From Guillardia theta CCMP2712 (Eukaryota; Protista; Cryptophyta): 59,390 bases of DNA. Position numbers and translations under genes: made by a program. This document shows, in pieces, positions 23,801 through 35,856 of this stretch. Numbering within the stretch: the stretch's first letter is position 1; each line of letters starts with the position of its first letter. The stretch is taken from assembly GCF_000315625.1 (NCBI RefSeq), contig NW_005434496.1:35679-95068 (forward strand), read 5' to 3'. The notes under the pieces were generated by a model, which saw nothing but the letters and a program-made list of their open reading frames with translations, did not search any database and was not told the origin of the DNA.

Positions 23801-25350
23801 ATCGGAGCTAGATCCGCTATCTTGAGATATATCTCGTTCGGAGAGTCGATGTTGTCCACGATGCTCGACAACATGTCGACGAACTTCGTTCCCTGCACGG
23901 CACGGTTGGTAAACCTGAAGAGCGGCTCGAGCACCTCATTGTCTCGAACGGATTCGTAGATTGCGTTTCCAAGGTCGGAGTATGTGACTTTCTTCAAGAG
24001 AGCTTTCCACGAAGACACAATGAACTGGGAGTGATGCTTCCACTCATCGAGATTCACTGAGAGTGACTTGCTGAAACGATGGTTGGTCTTTTTCTTCCTC
24101 TGGTGATGCCCTCGGAAAACTCCTCCTGCTGATCGCAGGTTGGTACCTTGTATAGACCTCCGAGATCCGATTCTGTAGCTGCCGTCAATCCCAGTATTGA
24201 CCGTCGAAGTCTTGCGGGAGGATGAGACGACCGAAATGTCCCCCTTCGACCGGATCGATCGGGGAGACTCTAACGCGAGACCGGGATTCGCGTAGAGTTG
24301 AGCGTAAGAACCTGAAGCAAAGGAGCCAAAGCCCTTGCTGCCCAACCTCGATGATCCTTGAGCTCTGGCTCGAGAAGGCTTCTCGCTGACTTCTGCATCC
24401 CTTGTCGCAAGGTTGGAAACATCCTTGTCACTCCCTTGGATCGCCGTCAAGGCCAGGAAAGGACAACTTCCTGAGTCCAACTTGTCTGCCTTTGGGGCAG
24501 GGTGTCCCAAAGGCAGAGTCGGTAATTTAGATCTTGCATGCCCATTACTTTCCTTGAGGCAAGGCACTTCCTCTGTAAGTGTGAGATCGGTTTGCGAGCC
24601 ATTGGAGTTGCCTTGTTCAGCCTTGGCGCCTTCTCGCTCTGCTTCTTCTTCGAGCTCAGGCTCTTCTTGCAAGACATCCAGGTGCCCCTGCATCCCATGG
24701 TTGACGTACGGAGAGTCAGGCTGCAGGTCAGCGCTGGGAAAGGCACAATCATCCCATCTTGGGTCGTTGTGTTTCCTCACAGGAAGTTCGTCAAGGGAGT
24801 TCTTGTCAGAGAGCTTCTGATCGAGAAGAGAAGCATGCATTCCAAACTGAATGCTCTCGATGGATATCCCCGAAGACATGGTGATGGCTGCCTCGGAACC
24901 CACGGGTCTACTCTGCTCAGCCGCTGGTCTTGGCGACAAGGTGAGTTTGAACGAACTATTCTCGATGCTACCAGCGTTGTCATTGGTCTGGACCAAGTCA
25001 CCAAAGAAGTGCTGGGCGAGGATGAAATGAGCCTTCTTGGAATGCAGCTTGAAGAATTGCTCGGATGCATCCTTCCCTGAGAACCGCTTGATGACATACT
25101 CCCCTCCCGGGTGCTGCGAGAGATACGGGAATAAATCGAAGATCATCGAATCGACTATCAAGGGAATGAAGGTCTGAGACTTCATGCTCTGAACTTCAGA
25201 TAGGGTGTACTTTGGAAACCCCATTTCTTTCTTGCGCCGATTCATGGCACAGAGCACGTCCTCTTTGAAGCAAGAGTCCTCTTCCTTGACCATGATCAGA
25301 TAGGGGATTTGAAATCTATCTGCAACAAAATCAGTACGTTTTGAAAGCAT
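18059..25350 (-). CDS. Cytochrome b5 / multi-globin / TRPV-like channel fusion, paralogue A; multi-exon
   Basis: Cyt b5 (FDLFPYLSQHPGG...GKDASEQFFKLHS). Globins with LAPMHHRKGV, LGLRHVNYNV, degenerate APKFHE.GMR and LTIRHIRYGV. Ankyrin-like ISPLYWALHDGKFAIVEFIL. Pre-S1 FKHPAVRKVLELKWKKFG, pore VLLFQE|VLGVAQP, S6 IGMLNILIAQLTITYDKL and TRP-helix-like FAMKHRASTCLEIES. Stop TAA at 18059-18061. Confidence 0.85.
20923..21030. repeat. ~34-bp intronic tandem repeat (tcaaatcattcttccataatcacaactgtcaaca), about 3 copies
   Basis: Visible direct repeats in an intron of paralogue A. Confidence 0.9.
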
Positions 25351-26425
25351 GTAAAAACGAGTTAGATTGAGCGAAATGGAATCGTCAATGCTCTATAACA
25401 ATGAAATCTCTTCACCTTTCATGCCACAGGCTGTGATCTATTGCTGTGTACCTCTACCTTGACGTCGTATCTCCTCATATCTCCCACCCTTTCAGCACTC
25501 CCCGGTACCATTTCAATCCATTCTCCTCCTCCTCCTCCTCCTCTTCATCCTTTCCATCTCCTTCTCCGTCCTCTCCCTCTGCTCCTTCATCCTTTTCATC
25601 CTGTTCCTCCTCCCTCTCCTCCTCTTCCTCCTCCTCCTCCTCCGCCTCCCCTCAGGTCTCACACCAATAACCCCTACCCACTCATTCACCACCCCTGCTT
25701 CTCCCACATTTGTACCCACCTTTGAACACTTCCGCACCTACCTAGCACCTTGTGGTCATCGACCCCCAACGTGTTTAAAATGATACGAAAAAACGTGATT
25801 TCGATGCTGTTCCACTAGGGAAGTCACACGGGATCAACGAAACGATGTGTTCTGATAATTTATATAACTCTCGTTTAAATCATCTTTACAGGATATATCG
25901 ATCGACAGAGTATTGGAGCACCTCAATTTTTGTTAACTCTGTTTGACAGTACCAGAATTTAAAAAAAGTATTTATGAGCGGAGAAACAAGTACAAAAAGA
26001 GTACTGGTCACACAGCTAGTAGAAGCCAATACAAACATCCCGAGTTAAGTTAAATATTGTACCATGATCGACTTTGTTGAGCAGCAGATGTATCACCACC
26101 CTACACCTCCACGAAAAGTATTATAAAATGACTAAACCTGCATTTCCATTTTCAGTCAATAAAAAATCTCACCAGTATCTCACCATCTCCACCTGAGCAT
26201 GCGGGAAAATCGAGAAGCGGGGGAGGGGGAGGACGATGAGGAGGCGGGAAGGTACCCTCTTAACTTAAGAATGCATGGACAAGATGTCTTGCTGGCCGAC
26301 TCACGAGGATAAGGTTGAAAGTGTTGACAAAATCGTTGCACCAAACAAGACAACGCCTCCTGTACAATAGAACCAAACCACTGCAAATAAAATAGTATCA
26401 AAATTGACCCGCGTGAGAGTGACTT

Positions 26426-26697
26426 GAGAGAAGAAGTGAAATGCTGAGAGAAGAAGTGAAATGCTGAGAGAAGAAGTGAAATGCTGAGAGAAGAAGTGAA
26501 ATGCTCACGAGAAGAAGTGAAATGCTGAGAGAAGAAGTGAAATGCTGAGAGAAGAAGTGAAATGCTGAGAGAAGAAGTGAAATGCTCACGAGAAGAAGTG
26601 AAATGCTCACGAGAAGAAGTGAAATGCTCACGAGAAGAAGTGAAATGCTGAGAGAAGAAGTGAAATGCTCACGAGAAGAAGTGAAATGCTCACGAGA
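26426..26697 (+). repeat. Minisatellite of mixed 20/21-bp units (gagagaagaagtgaaatgct / cacgagaagaagtgaaatgct)
   Basis: About 13 contiguous copies of two variants with no unique spacers. Confidence 0.95.
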
Positions 26698-26737
26698 ATG
26701 AAGTTGTGAATTTCAAGCAGGAACGACCAATCCAGGA

Positions 26738-28271
26738 ATGTCTTTGATAGTCCATGTCTTCGACCTTTCAGTTGATTCAAAGTCTGAACGGAAAACCCTC
26801 GGCGATGAACATCGTCATTTCCGAGCATTGCTCTCTCAACCGATTCTCGCCTTCCTCGCACAGCATGGCGTAATCTCCTCACATGTTACAGAGATCACTC
26901 TCAACATTGCAGAAGAGTGTGGTTTCAAGTACAAAATGCTTGTTAACAAGGATGTGACCTTCCAGGAGCTTGTCCGCCGCTACAGAATCCTCTGTCCAGT
27001 CTTGGCAAGTCAGGCAAGCTACTCTTGTCGTTGTTGTATCGTGACTGACGCAACGAGAGCAGACGCTCTTCGTCTGCATGTTGAGCAGTGATCAGACCAT
27101 GGTTGAGGTAGGACTTTTGTTTCAGAACAAATACTTTGAAGGGAACTACGTTATCATTGGCAGCTTAGCTGCCAGAAGAGAAGGGGCGGAAATTTGTAGA
27201 ATACTGCAAGTCTTCCAGCCAGAAAAACCTCGCAGCCATACTCTCGTCTACTGGATCAAAGTATCCTTGCCCAACGACAAGGTCCAATACTTATCTACGA
27301 GAAAAGATGGGTACGTGAAAACCTTGGGACCCAATCACTCTGAGTATGTTAAGACGCCTAAAGTACAAGTCAGTCCGAGTGGCCAGCTCGACATTAGTGG
27401 TCGAGCAAAGAGCCACTTTGCCGGACAAGGATCGCACATCACAGCTATCTCCTTCCCCCAGAAGTACCTGAAAGCTATGTACGACAAGAGGAGTCTAGTG
27501 GGCATCGTCGACTACATCTGTCGTATCTCAGTCTTCCTTCCGGAGTACGCCAAAGACCTTTCCGACGGCAGAGGATCGCTCCCCGAAGATGGGGGAGAAT
27601 ACAAGTACTGCAAAGAAGCTCTCGAAAACCAGCTCATGAACGTCTCAACGACGCGAGGGTACGATGGAGTGGTGGAGCAGCTGGCTAAGATAGCTCTCGT
27701 CTTCTATCAACGAATCGAGGATATCACTGTAGATATCAACAAAGTGGTTGGCTGTGACTGCAGTAAGGCTGGCAGCAACACACCCAAGAATGCCTCCAAG
27801 TCCTGGCAGTTTATCGACTTTCCAGCCATTCTCGTGCACGCGGCGGCGTCTGTGAATCCTTCTGATCCCAGCAAGAGCATAGGAGACAAGGTGAAGGAGA
27901 TGCTGGCCCGGCATCTCTTTCTCTGTCCGCATGGCATCAACGGCAAAGACCTCAAGGTCCTGGGCATCGAGAAGAGCGACGTCGACGTCGAAGACATCAA
28001 GAGGTTCTTGCAGGAAGTGAAAGACTCGTTTGAGAGTAGGCATAAGAGTATCACACCCTTGGTGAGACTGAGCAGGGGGGTGCAATGCAACAAGAATCTG
28101 ACAGGATGGAGGGCAGAGAGCGGACCATCCCAAGAAACTTCTTCTCACCAAATCGTGGGAGACGTACACGAGCAAGGAAGTGGAGGAGACCCTGGGGGAC
28201 AAGGAGGTAAGCGTGGGAGCGGCGGGTATCGAGGAGAGGAGTGGGAGAAGCAGAGGCAAGGATGGCGGTAA
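26738..28271 (+). CDS. Hypothetical protein; multi-exon, probable GC-AG intron near 27013; 3' end uncertain
   Basis: Two complex ORFs (117 aa and 397 aa) can be joined by a cag|GCAAG...agcag intron. No family recognised. Confidence 0.5.
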
Positions 28272-28399
28272 ATTGAGTCTAACTTGATATTTGAACTGAG
28301 CAGATAGCTGAGAAACTCATGGGTCTGATAGAGGAGTGTTTCCAAAAATGTCAACGCGACAGCCAAGACATCAGAACAAGAATAGTCGCTGCTCTCAAT

Positions 28400-28880
28400 G
28401 CTGCCTGGCCCCCCGGCCCTCCACCATCTGAATCACTGCACGGCAATGACGGTGCCAGCGATCAGACGGCCGCAGCTGAACTGTTGAGCTGCCAGGCGGC
28501 GAGAGGCTCCGTGGCAGCGGCCCGGGCCCCGGGCCCCGCAGTAAACTCTGTCGTGGTAAATTGTAATTAAAAGTCTTCACGTTGAGGGCAGAGAACCGTG
28601 TCTTGAATGACTCGCACTGGCCTTACATGCCGCAGTGCATGATCCATCACTGATCGGACCGCCGTCCGACTCTAGTGAACTTCTACTACTAGCAAGCCTC
28701 CACTGTCACTGAGTGCTGGAAGGTCGTGCCGCTTCAACCGGATCCAAGACCCGAGAAGAGAAGAGCTGGGGCCCTTATTCTCAAGCCTCGGATGAAGAGA
28801 GTCCCTCAGTGGGCTGACTGCCGGGCCGCCGGGCCCACGCCGCGGCCCGGCGGCCGCCGTCACTCAGGCTCGGCGATTGT
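28400..28880. other. GC-rich palindrome-dense intergenic island
   Basis: Includes cggcccgggccccgggccccg and gccgggccgccgggcccacgccgcggcccggcggccgccgtcactcagg. Confidence 0.55.
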
Positions 28881-28936
28881 GACTGTACACTGTTTCGGAA
28901 CATCGGACCGTTTTATTATATCGAATATTGTAACCG

Positions 28937-29435
28937 ATGACCGCAGAAGCTCTATTTTCGGCTTTACTCACGGCAATCATGTTTGGAATGTTGTTGGCAA
29001 GCGGCGCTACGCCCTCGATGGCGATGGGACCTGGCGGAACCTTCGGCTATGCTGAGGTGAGGCGATGAAAGATCTCAACTTCCATGAGAGGGCTGTGGGT
29101 GGAGAAGAGGATGCAGACGAGGTTGCGATGCGGAACCCGGCTCACCTCAAGTTCTGTTCAGGTCAACATGCAGGGGCACCCAGCATGCATTCAGATCGGA
29201 ACTCACGGCTCCTTGACCAAGGCAGAGTTGGAAGAGATTGCCTCTGGTAAGGTTTGTAGTCCAGTTTGTTCTCACTAATTCTTTCTGCTTCCAGGTGGTC
29301 CTCATGGTGAGATTTGAGATGACGGGTTGCTATGCTTTTCATCATCTGATCCATGTTTCAGCATGGACGCCTGGCGCCTGCCCAGCAAGATACTCCAAGT
29401 TGGACTACGGTGTTCATGTTCTGTCCGCCCCTTAA
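28937..29435 (+). CDS. Small (~100 aa) predicted secreted protein, 4 exons
   Basis: MTAEALFSALLTAIMFGMLLASG signal-like start. GT-AG splicing gives ...YAE|VNMQGHPACIQIGTHG...ASG|GPH|AWTPGACPARYSKLDYGVHVLSAP*. Confidence 0.5.
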
Positions 29436-30018
29436 GCAAGTTTAAAGGTGGGAATTTTCCGAATCATTGTGCTGAAACTGAACACGAGGAGTAGGTGGGA
29501 ATCAGTCTCTATCGTTGTGAATTTTCGGGATTAAACTAGCAGGGGTGAATGTGGGAGCACCAGTCTAGATGCTTGACTGTAAAGCTTAAGACTTAGCGGA
29601 TTCATGTTGTCACTCGCATATATGATTCTGTTCATTCTGTTTGCGCCTGACAGACTTGTTTGAACTTCCTCGTTTGTGGAGCTTCTCAGCAACGAAGGTA
29701 TGTCTTGAAGAAATTCTATCTCGGATTAGAAGTGCTTGAAGTAAGACAAGACGTGGCATGAGTAGCAGCTATCCAATTGAGATGAACCAAGGAAGTGTCA
29801 AAGTTGAGAAGCAAGTTTCAGTGACCTTATATACCTGCCTCCGGGGCAACAAGGGTTTGTGTTTGGACGACAAGGGTACCATTTGGGAAACATACATGAA
29901 AACCATGATGTTTGTTGAGAGATTGGAAAGAATTGCGGTAGAGAGTTTGTAGAGATCCTCGAGGAATGATGATCTTTGTTCAGACGGGTCACCTTCCCTC
30001 CACCCATGATTGTATCAT

Positions 30019-31620
30019 CTATTTTCGTAGAAAGAGAGAGCTCATAAAGCTCTTGAGCCATTCCGACGTCTGACCATACCGCAAGACGTGCATCAACAAG
30101 TACACAACCATCACGCTGATGACGTCGAACGCGATCGAGGCGACTCGTTTGAACCTGCCAGCATGTGTCAAAGGTACTGATGATACATGTTACCATCTAG
30201 CGGCTCGCAGACCTGGGCTGAAGTTCGAGCTTGCTGAGAGCCCACGACTTGAGTCCAACTTTGCTGATCGACGGATTCTTCGAGCTCAGCCCCTTCTTGG
30301 TCTTGCTCGATACCTTCTGCCCAGACTTCTTCATGGTCTTGCTCTTGTTGTGCGAGGCATGTGGCGTCTTCCTTGTACGAAGCGTCGCCCAAGTCACCAT
30401 GGACGGGTATGCGGAGAGATCCTTCAGCCGATTCTGGACCAGGGAGTCTCTCCTGACCTGTCGGAGAGTCAGATCAAGCATGACACGAGGGGAAGGATAC
30501 GTTGTGGATCAGGCCTGACGCAATGAACTCAGCTGCTTTCTCCACCATGTCAACTTGTTCCATGCTGACATTGCCCGGCGATTTCCTGGCGAGGTCCAAC
30601 AGCACCACACACCGCCTGTGCAGCTTCTGCCTTGCCAGATCCATGGCAGTCTTGTCTCCTGCTCGCCATGGTTGAGATGAGTCGGGCAGGCATCTCAGAG
30701 GAGAGGTACCTTGTGCTGGCAAGGAGAGGTCTGCCCCGAGTCGGATAAGACGAACCAGAGCTTCTTCGTGTCCTTGTCCTGCAGCAGGTAAACGATGAGA
30801 CTGGGATGAAGATGCTGGTAAGGAGGGGAATGCATCTACCTGCCGCCAAGTGGAGGGCAGTGCAATTGTCAACAGTCTGTCATAAGATGCATCAGGCTGA
30901 AATCAGTAAAAGAGGAGGAACAAGGCATGCTGAAACTGACCTGTTGTGCGTTGATGTCGGCGCCCTTCTCAACCAACAACGTGATGATCTCTGGAAGTCC
31001 CCGATATGCTGCGTTATGTAGAGGTGTCGACCCTGGCAAACACGCATGAGAATTCTTGACACTGACAACTGCTATAAATCTTGCCGACCTTCATGATCGA
31101 CCGCTGACAAGTCAGCGCCGCTTTCAATCAGAAAGTTGACGACGTCGCGGAAGCCATAGTACACAGACAGATGGAGGGGAGTCGAGCCATCCCCTGCGGG
31201 GCAGGAGAGATCCTTGCACTCCTCGAAGATGGTCTGAGCTACCTCAAGATGTCCCGAGGCGCAGGCGAGATGGAGGGAGTTGAGGCCCTCCTCGTTCTTC
31301 TGGAGAAGGTTGGCTCCAGAGCGGTACGCTTGCATCACGAGCATAGCGTCTCCCTCACTTGCTCCCTCCCACAACATCTGCTGCAGCTCCTGCTGCTTCT
31401 TATCACCGTCCTCCTCCTTCTCTTCCTCCACCTTCTCCTCTGCTTCCTTGGGCGTTGTCTCTGTGGGCTGTTCGCCATCGTTGCCGCCCCTGAGCCTCAT
31501 GGATGCTCTTCCGCTCCTCCCCAAGTGTCTCCCAACGATGTGAAGGTGTGAAGGCGATAGAGCTGACAGCATCTCGAACAGACAACAGAAAAAGACGCAT
31601 ACGAGAAGAATTCTCCCCAT
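30019..31620 (-). CDS. Ankyrin-repeat protein with N-terminal signal peptide, RLRGG motif and possible C-terminal TM; multi-exon
   Basis: Ankyrin repeats GLNSLHLACASGH, GSTPLHLSVYYGF, STPLHNAAYRG, CTALHLAA and KTAMDLA. N-terminus MGRILLVCVFFCCLFEMLSA...SMRLRGG. Confidence 0.85.
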
Positions 31621-32717
31621 TCTTTGCTTGTGCTTCTGAATTACACTGCTCCCCTGCTTCTCCGTTATTGTCAGTTCTCAAGACTGCAAGTTTTCCGCAC
31701 TTGACACTTCCAGTCAACCAGCCCCCTTCCCCACCTCCTCCTCCCACCCACCCACCCACCCACACAACATCCGTTATGCTCGTAGTATCCTATCTAACTT
31801 GATGTCTTGTCCCAGCAATAGCCTCACTCCTGCTCTCCTCTTACACCCCCTCCCCATTTGTCTGATCATTTTCACGCTTTGGGGCTCGATTCCTTGAATT
31901 GCACCCACCACACTTCCTGCCCCATTTTCTCTGCATGAAATTCTTTCCTCGTCACGCTTTTGTGCCTCGTTTTTCGATTTCTCTCCCTTTCTAATTTTGT
32001 TTCCCTGGCATCTTCACAACAATTTCCTTGCATCTTGCTCGGTCTTCCTCAAAATTTGCTCATCTTAAATTCTATCCCCGTGCCATCTCACCGAAATGTC
32101 GTCATCGCCTGATTGACCTTCACCTGACATCAAACTGCGTCCTATTCCGATCTGAACAGGACTTGTCTCAACTCTTATCCATCCTCCGATCATGTACATC
32201 ATATCTATCTCTACCTTCACGTCGCATGCATCATCGCTATCGCCATCGCCATCCCCACCCCCATCGTCGCACACGCACTTACCTCCCTTTCGTCGGCATT
32301 CCTTGCAAGCGCACTCCCTCTAAGCCCGTCACAATGTCCGTTACAGTCTTTTTACGAATTGAAACGGAAAACTTCTATGACAGATCTAGAACAGATCTAG
32401 GGCAATTCCAGTTCTGCAGTAGATCTAGAACAAGTCTAGAGCAGGTTGCTATTTGCTGGAATGTTCAACGGGCGGGTGAAGCCATGGGTGCGATGAGACC
32501 ATGGCACGAAGAGGAGAGAGAGAAGAGGAGAGGAGGAGAGAAGAGGAGACAGGACAGGACAGGACAGGAAAGAAGGAAGAGAGGATCGAGGATGTGTGGG
32601 AAGGTGAAGGAATACAGCTGGACTTAAAAGGCTCAAGTACCATGCAGCCAATCACTGGAGTATGACACGAACATGCTGCACTACCAAGAGTGACAACAGG
32701 TAGCCATAGCTTGGGCC

Positions 32718-33758
32718 ATGCGCGGATATCACCGGGATGCTACAACTTCGCCTCTTTCCAGAAAGCAGACAGGATCTTACGAGGTCATCCCGGAGTCAGT
32801 GCAGTACCTCTACCGCCTGTACTCCAAGGAGGTGGTGCACTTGACCAAGGAGCTGTGCCTCAAAGAGGAAAAGCTTACCTCCATCCCACTGGTAATGAGA
32901 AACTTCAAGCATCTCCACAAGTTGGATCTGAGCTACAACTTGCTCACCTCTCTTCCTGTAAGAGCATGCTTCACCTCCTATGCTGCTCTACCTGTCTACT
33001 GCGTTCGTCTCACCTTGTTGTGCTCAGGTCAAGATTCTTGATGAGTACTTCCCCCATCTCACCTCCCTCGATGTCTCCTACAACCGCCTTGGCTCGATCG
33101 AAGACATACAGCAGCTCGGAAAGCTCCCCCTCCTCCAGGAGCTGAACGTGCTCGGCAACCCTCTGCTCGCTGTCAACCAGCGCCCTCTGCTCCTGAGCCT
33201 CTTGATCTTCAATCAGAGTCGTCCGACCCGAGAGCAGCTGGAGGGGATGCTCGGGTACTCTGACGCCGCTGGGAGGGGTACCACCAAACAGGATTCCAGC
33301 GGTAGCATCCTGGCCTCAGAGTCGATCTCGAAGATGTTGGTTGCTGGACTTCAGCCCGGGAACGTGCTCCCGCGCGTGGCGGTTGCTCGGCTCTCGCGAG
33401 CTGGGCTGCGAGCTACTTCCAGGTTCGCCGTATACTGCGACCTGTCGGCTGCTCCAGTCCCTCGCAACTCTCCCTTCCCGTTCCTGGTCGTGCTGAATGA
33501 GCTGGAGATCACCAAGGAAGACTTGGATGCGGCAGCAAGGATGGCGCCGAGGCGGAGTCCCCTCCAGGCGAAGAAGGCCAAGGCCAAGCGGCTGATGGGG
33601 AAGAGGAGGATGGAGGAGCTCGAGCGGTTCACGGATGCGGTGCAGAATGCGTACCGTGAGCGAAAGATTGAGCACACGCTGAAGAAACTCCTGGAGGAAG
33701 GCGTCATCGATGATGGGTCTTCTTTTGAGGAGGAGGGAAAGGAGGAGGAGGAGGGAGA

Positions 33759-33789
<31 letters not shown>

Positions 33790-35665
33790 GATCTTATAGA
33801 GAATGGAAATATGGGAGATGAAGAGGATGTTCTGTCGGAAGTTGCGCAAAGGACTTACAAGTTGAGGTCAGTGTCGTCCATGCTGGAAAACAGGCTGAAC
33901 AGAATGGAAGACAACAGCTCAGATGGAGTAAGTGACAACTCTTTCCAGTTATCCATGTCCAGACCCAAGACAGGCACGAGGCAGAGGCAAACAACATGTC
34001 CAGCATCCTGGTGGGACCAGGAATGGATGCTCAACGATGGGGGCCTTCAAGAGATTGACCTCCCGACGAGGCTGTCTGTGGTGGACCAAGGGGCAGAGGA
34101 GCTCGAGAGGACGAAGAGAGCGGTGGAGAAGCTGACGGAAATCGGGCATGCAGAGACCTCTCCTTCAAGGAGCTCGACGGAGAACGTGGCGATCGAGTCG
34201 AAGTACCAATCTTTGAGAGAGGAGGTGGACGATCTCAGGAAGAAAGAGACTGCGTCCAATCTGAAGATGCTCTCCTCCTCCACGCCCTCCTCCTCCTCAG
34301 CTGCCAGGGCGAAGCAGCTGAACAAGTTCAAAAGTCGCTTCGAGTTCTCAGATATGCTTAGGTGGGAGCTCAGCATTCAAAAGGATAGGGACAGCACGTT
34401 CCTCACCCGCGACCTCCCTGGATCTGTGAAGCGCCTCAATGTCGACGAGTGGATGCAGCAAGGAGTAGACGAGGCAGTGCAGGCGGAGGAGATCGACCGA
34501 CTGTTTACAGCGACCAACATACAGAACAAGGTCGACACGCACCAGGTCAACAAGATGAACCGCGAGACTGTCTTCTTTCAGCGGAAAATGGCGTTCCAGA
34601 GCCAACAGCAGAACTTCGTCGAGAAATGGCACAATCACCGTAATCGTCTCAGCCTCATCAGAGCTGGTAAGTACCCCACAGACACGCCGGCGCGCCGCTC
34701 GACTTCCAGCAGGTCCTGGAGGGATGCTGGTGGGAATCAGAAGGGAGATGACAGGGAGGAGAGGAGAAGAGAGGAGAGAGGAGAGGAGGAGAGAGGAGTC
34801 GTGCAGGAAAGTAGCAAGGCGAACGTATCTGGTAAGGCAAATTTCCATGTGGTCCTGTCAAGAGCGCTTGACAAGCTGGAACGAACTCTGATGAGTCCTA
34901 CTGAGGAGACTGCCGACGTCAGCCAGGGGTCAAAGGCGGCGGGTTCGGGGTCAGATGTACAGCCAGCGTCCAAGGGGACAAGAACACAAAAACATCGCAA
35001 GGCCGAAGATTACACCAAGATGTTCGATCTTGGCATCAATCGGATCCTGCAGACGAAGGTGCTTCTGGTCACTGCAGCTCAATATTTCCGATTGACGCTC
35101 AGTCAGGATACACGACAGCAAGACGATAGGGCCGCCGCCATGCTGATCCCTCGAGCAAACCTCCGGGAGGTAAGCGGGAAGAGATTGAGGAGGAGGAGAA
35201 GAGGAAGAGGTTGGAGAGAGGGAAGTAGGGAAGGGAAAATAGGCGGGGAAGGGATGGAGAAGGAGCAAGAAGAAGAGATAGAGGAAAGATGCGGGAAGAG
35301 ACAACAAAGAAATTATCACAAGGAAGATTTTTGGAGGGGAGGGGGGAAGGGGGGAGGGAGGGGAGGCGGAAACGAAGGGAAGAGACGGGAAGGAGAAACA
35401 GAAGAGGGGCGGAGGATAAGTACCCTGTGGATGTAATCAAAACTGGCAGGTCCGTCGTGAGCTGAAAGAGTACCACGATAACTTCGTCTCACAGCGTCTG
35501 CGGTTCTTTGAGGTGAATCGTGCTGAGGGGAGGGCAGGGAGGAGGTTGCTCTGACCCACGAGCAGGAGAGAACGGACATGGAAGCGATGGTAGATAAGAT
35601 TATCGTCGCCAACAGGTCCCGACACCCTCCTCCTGTTCACCATCTTGCGATGACATCGCCTCAGG
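32718..35665 (+). CDS. Leucine-rich repeat (SDS22-like) protein with acidic and coiled-coil C-terminal region; boundaries uncertain
   Basis: LHKLDLSYNLLTSLP|...LTSLDVSYNRLGSIEDIQQLGKLPLLQELNVLGNPL, followed by a long ORF. Confidence 0.75.
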
Positions 35666-35856
35666 TTCGGACAGTTTGGTGCGAGGAGGATGCAGGTGGC
35701 AGGAGTGGAGTTCGAAGAGGACTCTTAGTCTGTCTTGTTCATAATTTGTACAGCAAACAACTCAAGGTTTTACCCCAGCTTCATCCTCCCCTGCTAGCAC
35801 AGGGCTACACACACGTCACACGCACACACACCACAGAAAGAGGAAAAACAAGCTCA

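Noticed and set aside
22861-25350. Stand-alone flavohemoglobin or soluble b5-globin (also 47647-50190)
   Set aside because: No FAD/NAD-binding reductase domain is visible. The ORFs end shortly after splice donors, and paralogous downstream exons continue into further globins and the channel.
26426-26697. CRISPR-like array
   Set aside because: Units are contiguous with no unique spacers, there are no cas genes, and the context is eukaryotic.
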